Virus record (IMG/VR): IMGVR_UViG_3300028485_000059
Location: 1-5,507 of that record
Direction: 5' to 3' (one strand)
Length of the DNA stretch: 5,507 nt
Source of the DNA: a virus
Lineage: Duplodnaviria > Heunggongvirae > Uroviricota > Caudoviricetes
The translations under genes were made by a program, and so were the position numbers. Within the stretch, counting starts at the first letter, position 1. Every line of letters starts with the position of its first letter. This document shows positions 1 to 5,416 of the stretch, piece after piece. The notes beneath the pieces are model-generated. The model was not told where the DNA came from. It made no database searches and saw only the letters and a list, made by a program, of their open reading frames with translations.

Positions 1-103
1 AGAAACCGGAGAATGGCAGTGGACATTTCAGGTCGGGGACCTTGAAAACGTCAATATCACTCACTGGGCAGTAATGCCGAAAGCACCGGAGAATAAGAAA
101 TGA
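1..103 (+). CDS. 3' end of an upstream gene (partial; start lies outside the window)
   Basis: Frame open from base 2 to TGA at 101-103 (…ETGEWQWTFQVGDLENVNITHWAVMPKAPENKK*). The stop overlaps the next ATG (ATGA at 100-103), the same coupling pattern seen through the rest of the operon. No family recognised. Confidence 0.35.
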   Translation, partial: ETGEWQWTFQVGDLENVNITHWAVMPKAPENKK

Positions 104-303
104 GCGTGATAAAAACTCATACAGGAATTGTTATCACCCGAGACGGTCCGCAGGTAAAAAAACTGCACCAGACAAAGCGGATGTGGGTCGTCGGAAAAAA
201 CGAGTTTTACCACAAAGAAACCGGACGCCGCCACTTTGCAGAAAATACGCGCCGCCGACTGCTGATCGACAGCATCAAGCCTATCGAGGTGAAGCATGTT
301 TAA
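100..303 (+). CDS. hypothetical small phage protein (67 aa)
   Basis: ATG at 100 preceded by GGAGAA Shine-Dalgarno; stop TAA 301-303 overlaps the next start (ATGTTTAA). Part of the coupled operon. No motif recognised. Confidence 0.5.
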   Translation: MSVIKTHTGIVITRDGPQVKKLHQTKRMWVVGKNEFYHKETGRRHFAENTRRRLLIDSIKPIEVKHV

Positions 304-535
304 ACAGAACGAAAAATCTATCGCTCAAATTGCTGAGTATATCCCGCGTGCGTGCCGGGGTATGCAGTTGCAGGAAGCCAAAGCGCGCCTGGAGAAAAAA
401 ATTGCGCTCTATATCGATGACGGCTGTGATGCTGCCGTTCTTAACGCAGCGTTCGCGCCAGCTCTTAACAGTCATACGCGGGAGTCTTTTTTTTCGCGCA
501 TCGCAGCGCAGATCCGTAAAGGAGGCAACCAGTGA
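296..535 (+). CDS. hypothetical small phage protein (79 aa)
   Basis: ATG 296 with GAGGTGA Shine-Dalgarno 6 nt upstream; stop TGA 533-535 overlaps the GTG start of the next gene (GTGA). No motif recognised. Confidence 0.5.
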   Translation: MFKQNEKSIAQIAEYIPRACRGMQLQEAKARLEKKIALYIDDGCDAAVLNAAFAPALNSHTRESFFSRIAAQIRKGGNQ

Positions 536-1086
536 GCGAGATTAACTATCAGGCTCTGCGACTGGCGGCAGAAAATGCAACACCAGGCGAATGGTGTGCT
601 GATGACTACCATGGAGTAATTGCCGATGCCGGACTGAACGCCAATTACTACATAGCATCATGCTCAGGACCAGATAATCGCGCCAATAAACGATTCATAG
701 CCGCCGCCAATCCTGCCACCGTCTTGGCGCTGCTAGATGAGCTGGAAGCAGCAGAGAAGCGAAACGCTGAATTACAAAGCGAGAATGCATACATCCGCAA
801 CCGGTACAAAGAACTGGACCTATTAATCGGGAAAAACATTCTGGTCATGCAGGCTGCCATTATCGAATGGCAGGCAACTGGCGACGCTAAGAGCGGACTG
901 GCATGGATTTATAACACACTGTTTGGCCCTGGCGAATTACCGGACGAATCTGAGAAAGATGCTCAGGCCTACTTTAATCGCAAATATGCACCGATTGACG
1001 AAAAGCTCATGGCGCTTCACAAGTGGTTTTGGGAACAAAGTGAAGCCGAGCGCGCCGCCGCCAACATTGGTGTGAAGGGGAAGTGA
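532..1086 (+). CDS. Ead/Ea22-like family phage protein (184 aa)
   Basis: GTG start with strong AAAGGAGG Shine-Dalgarno. N-terminal QALRLAAENATPGEW and internal FIAAANPATVLALLDELEAAEKRNAEL match my recollection of the Ead/Ea22-like family of lambdoid/P22-like prophages. Assignment is from memory, not a search. Confidence 0.7.
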   Translation: MSEINYQALRLAAENATPGEWCADDYHGVIADAGLNANYYIASCSGPDNRANKRFIAAANPATVLALLDELEAAEKRNAELQSENAYIRNRYKELDLLIGKNILVMQAAIIEWQATGDAKSGLAWIYNTLFGPGELPDESEKDAQAYFNRKYAPIDEKLMALHKWFWEQSEAERAAANIGVKGK

Positions 1087-1087
1087 G

Positions 1088-1279
1088 ATGAACGGACAAA
1101 TCTCAATTGTTCGACCGGGAGCATGTGACGATTGCGAGATACGAATGATTATTCGTCTGGCGAGGGGGAAAACAATAACTGCTCTCATTACTCCTGAAAA
1201 TCTCGCATTAGCATTAACCGGAAAGTCAGACCTGCCAGTAGAGCTAAAGCTGCGAAATATTGAGATTAAAGTGAAATAG
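1088..1279 (+). CDS. hypothetical small phage protein (63 aa)
   Basis: ATG 1088 starts 2 nt after the upstream stop; AAGGGGAAG Shine-Dalgarno-like sequence. No motif recognised. Confidence 0.45.
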   Translation: MNGQISIVRPGACDDCEIRMIIRLARGKTITALITPENLALALTGKSDLPVELKLRNIEIKVK

Positions 1280-1281
1280 TT

Positions 1282-2040
1282 ATGAATACTCTTACCAAAG
1301 AATGGTTACAGAACACGATTACCGGAATTGAGTCGATAATAGACGATAAATCGTTTGTATGTAGTGAAATAGAATTCGAAATAGGTCAGGTTAACAACAT
1401 ACTTACCGCATTTAAAATTGCACTGGCATCGCTGGCAGCAGTATCGGATGAACGGGCAGCCTATGAATTATTTATGGAGAAGCGTTTCGGGGAATCTGTA
1501 GATCGCCGCAGGGCAAAAAATGGTGATAGAGAATACATGGCATGGGATATGGCGCTTGGCTGGATTATCTGGTGTCACCGCGCCGCCATGCTTCAGGGAG
1601 GCCAACCTGTAAACCAAACTTACAACTTGCCAGAATTAATCGAAGGCATGGAAGTTTCCATTGATGTTAGCACTTGTGATGCTGATTTAGGTAATCGCTA
1701 TTTCGGCACCGTCACCGAGGCGTTAGAACTTGATACAGCCAAGAATGGTTACATCCTCCTGGTTCAGGACGCAGAGCCTAACTTCGATGTAAATGGCAAC
1801 TCTCCGGGAACTCCGGATAGTTGGATAAGCTGTAGTGATCAAATGCCTGAAAAGGGCCAGAACGTGCTTATTTCGGTGAATTTCGATAGCTCTCTGGTTG
1901 AACCGCTAATATGCTCCGCACGCTATACCGGAAGCACCTTTCGGCGCGGAGATGCAACGATTAAGCCGGGTAATGGTATTGAGCAAGCAACTCACTGGAT
2001 GCCGCTACCGGAACCGCCGCAGGAGGTTAACCGTGGCTAA
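1282..2040 (+). CDS. DUF551 domain phage protein (252 aa; unassigned N-terminal region plus C-terminal DUF551)
   Basis: C-terminus WISCSDQMPEKGQNVLI…ATHWMPLPEPP matches the DUF551 signature as I recall it (W…LPE…THWMPLPEPP). Stop TAA 2038-2040 overlaps the downstream GTG start. Confidence 0.7.
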   Translation: MNTLTKEWLQNTITGIESIIDDKSFVCSEIEFEIGQVNNILTAFKIALASLAAVSDERAAYELFMEKRFGESVDRRRAKNGDREYMAWDMALGWIIWCHRAAMLQGGQPVNQTYNLPELIEGMEVSIDVSTCDADLGNRYFGTVTEALELDTAKNGYILLVQDAEPNFDVNGNSPGTPDSWISCSDQMPEKGQNVLISVNFDSSLVEPLICSARYTGSTFRRGDATIKPGNGIEQATHWMPLPEPPQEVNRG

Positions 2041-2314
2041 CCTGCAACTTGCCGTCAAAGGTGAATACTTCGATGCAATGATTCGCGGAGAGAAAACAGA
2101 AGAGTATCGCCTGTGTAATGACTACTGGAATAAGCGAATTATGTTCCGCGAGTATGACCGCCTGATTATCACAAAGGGATATCCGAAGCGCGACGACTAC
2201 AGCCGCAGAATTGATGTTCCGTATGACGGATATGAAATCAAGACAATCACACATCCACACTTCGGTGATAAACCGGTAAAGGTGTTCGCGATAAAGGTAA
2301 ATATTGATGGCTAA
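2033..2314 (+). CDS. ASCH/DUF3850-like (PUA-fold) domain protein (93 aa)
   Basis: The ORF track begins at 1952, but GTG at 2033 has a perfect AGGAGG Shine-Dalgarno 6 nt upstream and overlaps the previous stop (GTGGCTAA). N-terminal LQLAVKGEYFDAMIRGEKTEEYR resembles the ASCH/DUF3850 pattern (…YF..I..G.KT.E.R). Confidence 0.55.
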   Translation: MANLQLAVKGEYFDAMIRGEKTEEYRLCNDYWNKRIMFREYDRLIITKGYPKRDDYSRRIDVPYDGYEIKTITHPHFGDKPVKVFAIKVNIDG

Positions 2315-2645
2315 ATCAGCAGCAGAGCGCAAATCCGCTCAGAGAGCCAGACAAGCTGAATCCGGTGTACGTAAGCTGGAGATTGTGCTTGATGCTCAGG
2401 AAATTGAAATGCTGGAGCGTAACTGTGCCACGCGTCGCCCCGGGCGTGCGCCTTACGAATTTGGTGAGTATATAGCGTTACTGATCCGCCAGGATGATGT
2501 ACGCGTGCGCGGGCGTATAAAATCGATCAGCAGAAAACGTTGCGGTAAGTGCGGCGAGAGAGTTCCAGTTAATTCATGCCCGTGTAATGGTGACTCGCAA
2601 TGCTGGGTGACTAAAGGCTGGCATGAAACGAAATTAATAGTGTGA
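2307..2645 (+). CDS. hypothetical Cys-rich protein, putative DNA-binding/regulatory (112 aa)
   Basis: ATG 2307 overlaps the upstream stop (ATGGCTAA). C-terminal cysteine cluster CGKCGERVPVNSCPCNGDSQCW (C-x2-C-x9-C-x-C-x5-C) looks like a zinc ribbon. N-terminal RKLEIVLDAQEIEMLERN…YEFGEYIALLIRQ has strand-helix-helix character. Last gene before the terminase leader. Confidence 0.55.
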   Translation: MAKSAAERKSAQRARQAESGVRKLEIVLDAQEIEMLERNCATRRPGRAPYEFGEYIALLIRQDDVRVRGRIKSISRKRCGKCGERVPVNSCPCNGDSQCWVTKGWHETKLIV

Positions 2646-2653
2646 CATGTCAC
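2642..2653. promoter_or_regulatory. 12-bp perfect palindrome GTGACATGTCAC (copy 1), candidate protein-binding site
   Basis: Perfect dyad overlapping the stop codon of the Cys-rich gene. The 14-mer TGTGACATGTCACG recurs exactly at 4905-4918. Confidence 0.5.
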
Positions 2654-2693
2654 GAGTAGATTATGCATGATGAATTTGATGGTTTTGAATACT

Positions 2694-2720
2694 GCCGCCA
2701 ACTATGGCGGCTTTATTTTG
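2694..2720 (+). terminator. rho-independent terminator in the terS leader
   Basis: 7-bp GC-rich stem GCCGCCA / TGGCGGC (2694-2700, 2705-2711) with ACTA loop, followed by TTTATTTT (2712-2719). Confidence 0.65.
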
Positions 2721-2723
2721 CAT

Positions 2724-2754
2724 GGTACTATTACCAAAACGGTAACTATTACCA
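2724..2754. repeat. two tandem dyad-symmetric sites (GGTACTATTACCA / GGTAACTATTACCA) just upstream of terS
   Basis: Exact 10-mer ACTATTACCA at 2727-2736 and 2745-2754 (period 18 bp). Each unit is internally palindromic (GGTA-CTAT-TACC and GGTAA-CTA-TTACC). Confidence 0.5.
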
Positions 2755-2762
2755 CGGTGGTT

Positions 2763-3359
2763 ATGATGCCTGCTGAACCTAAAACCTATAAACGCAAATC
2801 AACGCAATTTAAGCCACTAACAGCAATGCAGGAGGCTTATTGCCAGTCATACATCAAAACGCCTGAAAACCAGACTCAGGCAGCGATTAATGCAGGATTC
2901 TCCCCAAATACAGCGGCAGTTAAAGCCAGTGTAATGATGCGCGATGAACGCATTCAAAAACGGATTGCCGAGTTGATGGAGGAGCGCAACAAACGAATGC
3001 GCGTCAGTGCTGATTACGTTCTCATGCGCCTGGTGGAGATCGACCAGATGGACGTGATCGACATCCTCAGCGACGATGGGAGCCTTAAACCAATCCATGA
3101 GTGGCCGAAAATCTGGCGCACTACGCTTAGCGGCTTTGATCTGTCATCGACCATCATGAACATGAACGAGGATTCGATAGAGACAATCCTCAAAAAAATT
3201 AAATGGCCTGACAAGGTGAAGAACCTCGAACTGATTGGTAAGCACGTCGACGTCAACGCGTTCAAAGAACGCATGGATGTTAATGTGAATGTGACAATCG
3301 CTGATCGCATAGCAGCAGCCAGGAAGCGACTCAAAGAACGTCAGGATGGTAATCAGTGA
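2763..3359 (+). CDS. terS: terminase small subunit (Terminase_2-like)
   Basis: QTQAAINAGFSPNTAAVKASVMMRDERIQKRIAEL matches the helix-turn-helix signature of Terminase_2-type small subunits. Stop overlaps the terL GTG start (GTGA at 3356-3359). Start set at ATG 2763 (ATG 2766 also possible) rather than the track's 2667, because 2667-2762 holds the terminator hairpin and the dyad repeats. Confidence 0.75.
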   Translation: MMPAEPKTYKRKSTQFKPLTAMQEAYCQSYIKTPENQTQAAINAGFSPNTAAVKASVMMRDERIQKRIAELMEERNKRMRVSADYVLMRLVEIDQMDVIDILSDDGSLKPIHEWPKIWRTTLSGFDLSSTIMNMNEDSIETILKKIKWPDKVKNLELIGKHVDVNAFKERMDVNVNVTIADRIAAARKRLKERQDGNQ

Positions 3360-4831
3360 CAGATACAGCGTTATCTCCTGAAGAGCAGTTGATCGAGGAT
3401 ATTGCAGGGTTCACTCACGATCCGCTTGGCTATGCCCTCTATGCGTTCCCGTGGGGGGAAGAGGGGACTGAATTAGCACATGCCACCGGTCCACGTCAGT
3501 GGCAAGCCGATGCGTTCCGAGAGATACGTGATCACCTGCAGAATCCAGAGACGCGCCATCAGCCGCTTATGCTGGCACGCGCTTCGGGGCACGGTATTGG
3601 TAAATCAGCATTCATCTCAATGCTGATCAACTGGGGCATGTCCACTTGCGAGGATTGTAAGGTCGTGGTGACCGCCAACACCGAAAACCAGCTACGAACG
3701 AAGACCTGGCCGGAAATTATCAAGTGGTCGAACCTTGCTATCACGAAAGACTGGTTTACCTGTACCGCTACCGAGATGTACAGCAATGATCCTGGGCACG
3801 ACAAGCGGTGGCGAGCTGACGCAATCCCCTGGTCTGAGCACAACACTGAGGCATTCGCCGGACTACACAACGAGCGTAAACGCATCATCGTGGTATTTGA
3901 TGAAGCGTCGAACATTGCGGATCTGGTGTGGGAAGTTGCCGAGGGTGCGCTAACGGACGAAGACACTGAGATTATCTGGGTGGCGTTCGGAAACCCTACA
4001 CGTAACACCGGGCGTTTTCGCGAATGTTTCCGCAAATATAAACACCGCTGGAAAACTGCGCAGATTGACAGCCGGACGGTGGAAGGCACTAACAAACAGC
4101 AGTTGCAGAAATGGGTTGATGACTACGGGGAAGACAGCGACTTCGTTAAAATCCGTGTGCGCGGCATATTCCCTGATGCATCTGAATTGCAGTTTATCCC
4201 TACCGGACTTACTGACGAGGCAATGAAACGGGTGATAACCGCTGCGCAGGTGGCACATGCTCCGGTGATAATCGGCGTTGACCCGGCATACTCTGGTGTT
4301 GATGACGCTGTGATATACCTGCGGCAGGGGCTGCACAGTAAGGTGCTGTGGACTGGCAACAAGACCACTGACGATCTGATTATGGCGAAGCGTATCGCTG
4401 ACTTTGAAGACCAGTACCAGGCTGACGCAGTGTTCATCGACTTCGGTTACGGAACTGGTCTGAAGTCAATCGGTGACGGCTGGGGGCGTACATGGCAACT
4501 TGTTCCGTTCGGTGGCGCGTCTACTGACCCACAGATGCTCAACAAGCGTGGAGAGATGTTCAACTCATGCAAGACATGGCTGAGGCTGGGCGGCATGCTT
4601 GATGACCAGGAAACAGCGGACGATCTGTCGGCGGCAGAGTACAAAGTTCGAGTGGACGGTAAAATCGTTATCGAACCGAAGGAAGATATCAAAGAACGAC
4701 TTGGGCGTTCTCCTGGTAAAGGCGATGCGCTACTGCTGACGTTTGCGTTCCCTGTGTCGAAGCGTCTGCGAATTCCCGGTCAGCAGAACCAGCAAGGCAA
4801 TGCCATCACAGATTACGATCCCTATGCTTAA
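3356..4831 (+). CDS. terL: terminase large subunit (ATPase plus nuclease), 491 aa
   Basis: Walker A-like ASGHGIGKS, Walker B RIIVVFDEAS, and C-terminal RNase H-like nuclease motif VIIGVDPAYSG…DDAV. Length and position directly after terS fit. GTG start coupled to the terS stop. Confidence 0.9.
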   Translation: MTDTALSPEEQLIEDIAGFTHDPLGYALYAFPWGEEGTELAHATGPRQWQADAFREIRDHLQNPETRHQPLMLARASGHGIGKSAFISMLINWGMSTCEDCKVVVTANTENQLRTKTWPEIIKWSNLAITKDWFTCTATEMYSNDPGHDKRWRADAIPWSEHNTEAFAGLHNERKRIIVVFDEASNIADLVWEVAEGALTDEDTEIIWVAFGNPTRNTGRFRECFRKYKHRWKTAQIDSRTVEGTNKQQLQKWVDDYGEDSDFVKIRVRGIFPDASELQFIPTGLTDEAMKRVITAAQVAHAPVIIGVDPAYSGVDDAVIYLRQGLHSKVLWTGNKTTDDLIMAKRIADFEDQYQADAVFIDFGYGTGLKSIGDGWGRTWQLVPFGGASTDPQMLNKRGEMFNSCKTWLRLGGMLDDQETADDLSAAEYKVRVDGKIVIEPKEDIKERLGRSPGKGDALLLTFAFPVSKRLRIPGQQNQQGNAITDYDPYA

Positions 4832-4870
4832 TCCGCTGGTGGGGATAATGTCGTTGATATCCTCTGGTGA

Positions 4871-4907
4871 GGATAAAACAAAGCCAGCTCATAGGCTGGC
4901 TGTTTGT
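4871..4907. terminator. bidirectional intrinsic terminator between convergent terL and the DUF2829 gene
   Basis: Stem AGCCAGC / GCTGGCT (4882-4888, 4895-4901), loop TCATAG. On the - strand it is followed by UUUGUUUUAU (strong); on the + strand by GUUUGU (weaker). A second hairpin TATCCTC-TGGT-GAGGATA lies at 4858-4875. Confidence 0.6.
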
Positions 4908-4917
4908 GACATGTCAC
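4906..4917. promoter_or_regulatory. 12-bp perfect palindrome GTGACATGTCAC (copy 2)
   Basis: Exact repeat of the 14-mer TGTGACATGTCACG seen at 2641-2654; sits between the bidirectional terminator and the stop of the - strand DUF2829 gene. Confidence 0.5.
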
Positions 4918-4921
4918 GGTG

Positions 4922-5218
4922 TTATTGAATTACAATCCAATCATCAGATAGCAGATCGGTTTGAGATGCCAGCCACGGTACAAAGCAACCGTCAGCAGTT
5001 TTCATCCCAATCCACGGTAGAAGTTTAACGCCAGGTACAAATGTATACTCGTCACCGCATGTAACGTCAAATCGCCAATCGTTCGGAGTGGCCGATTGCG
5101 GTGGCTTAACCAGTTGCAGATACATGCCTTTGCCATTCCATCCGGCACGTGCAATGCGCTTACCATCTTTGAGTGATGACAAAGCAGTGGAGAAAGATAC
5201 TGTTGATGTTTCGCTCAT
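4922..5218 (-). CDS. DUF2829 family protein (Tad2-like; candidate anti-defence protein), 98 aa
   Basis: ATG at 5218 (- strand) with AAGGTGAG Shine-Dalgarno. Motifs ARAGWNGKGMYLQL and KTADGCFVPWLASQTDLLSDDWIVI match the DUF2829 signature as I recall it (GWNGKGM…MKTADG…PWLASQTDMLAEDW). Flanked by intrinsic terminators on both sides and on the opposite strand to the terminase operon. Confidence 0.7.
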   Translation of the reverse strand: MSETSTVSFSTALSSLKDGKRIARAGWNGKGMYLQLVKPPQSATPNDWRFDVTCGDEYTFVPGVKLLPWIGMKTADGCFVPWLASQTDLLSDDWIVIQ

Positions 5219-5229
5219 AATCTCACCTT

Positions 5230-5253
5230 AAAAAAATGCCCGGCGAACCGGGC
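5230..5253 (-). terminator. rho-independent terminator (T2) immediately upstream of the DUF2829 gene
   Basis: On the - strand: GCCCGG-UUCG-CCGGGC (6-bp GC stem, UUCG tetraloop) followed by A + U7, then directly the Shine-Dalgarno of the DUF2829 gene. Confidence 0.7.
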
Positions 5254-5330
5254 GAACTGGAAGCAATGAGTTATGCCTTCCGTTGCTGTACGGGTTTACA
5301 GCATGAAGTCATCGCAATGGCGTCCTGCTG

Positions 5331-5373
5331 TAAAAAGGGCGGTGATAGTCCTTCAAGGGAAACCATCACCGCC
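5331..5373 (-). terminator. rho-independent terminator (T1) downstream of the tRNA gene
   Basis: On the - strand: 9-bp stem GGCGGTGAT / ATCACCGCC (5365-5373 / 5338-5346) around an 18-nt partly paired loop, followed by CUUUUUAC. Lies about 43 nt past the tRNA 3' end. Confidence 0.6.
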
Positions 5374-5416
5374 AAGCACCTGGAACTTCTGGCATCACGG
5401 TCCTTAGGCGTGATTC

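Noticed and set aside
183-545. + strand 120-aa ORF in a third frame
   Set aside because: Overlaps both the 100-303 and 296-535 ORFs out of frame, lacks a ribosome-binding site, and has an Arg-rich low-complexity translation.
1952-2032. Upstream extension of the ASCH ORF (ATG 1952 or 1973)
   Set aside because: Would overlap the DUF551 gene by 60-90 nt and encode an Arg-rich tail, whereas GTG 2033 has a perfect AGGAGG Shine-Dalgarno and the stop/start overlap seen throughout the operon.
2642-2653. Reading the GTGACATGTCAC palindrome as a CRP or LexA site
   Set aside because: Half-sites resemble TGTGA, but the spacing (2 bp between GTGAC arms) does not fit CRP (TGTGA-N6-TCACA) or LexA (CTGT-N8-ACAG).
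2646-2693. A sigma70 late promoter in the terS leader
   Set aside because: Several weak -35/-10-like hexamers (TTGATG, TAGATT, AATACT) exist, but none forms a convincing pair at 16-18 bp spacing, so no promoter was annotated.
2667-2762. N-terminal 32 codons of the terS ORF as given in the track (MMNLMVLNTAANYGG…)
   Set aside because: This segment contains the intrinsic terminator hairpin plus T-tract and the tandem dyad repeats, and translates to low-complexity Thr/Val-rich sequence. The conserved terS domain begins after ATG 2763/2766, so I moved the start.
61-3334. Other antisense ORFs in the track (61-297, 281-475, 648-860, 937-1188, 2027-2332, 2453-2701, 2847-3098, 3014-3334)
   Set aside because: Each overlaps a + strand gene that has a Shine-Dalgarno, translational coupling and/or a family match; none has independent support.
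3735-3953. + strand 72-aa ORF inside terL
   Set aside because: Out-of-frame internal ORF of the terminase large subunit gene; no support.
3559-4692. Four - strand ORFs (3559-4095, 3950-4336, 4123-4437, 4447-4692) of 81-178 aa
   Set aside because: All lie antisense inside the well-supported terL gene, have no recognisable motifs or ribosome-binding sites, and have low-complexity Ser/Thr/Arg-rich translations typical of shadow ORFs.
4743-4928. + strand 61-aa ORF spanning the terL 3' end and the intergenic region
   Set aside because: Runs through the terL stop, the bidirectional terminator and the palindrome; more parsimonious as non-coding.
5254-5330. 13-codon mini-ORF (MTSCCKPVQQRKA) on the - strand between the two terminators as a leader peptide
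   Set aside because: No Shine-Dalgarno upstream and no way to tell it from chance; kept only as part of the structured-spacer observation.
5374-5416. att site or integrase-binding arm next to the tRNA 3' end
   Set aside because: No integrase gene in the window and no repeat of the tRNA 3' segment found by eye; cannot be supported without flanking sequence.
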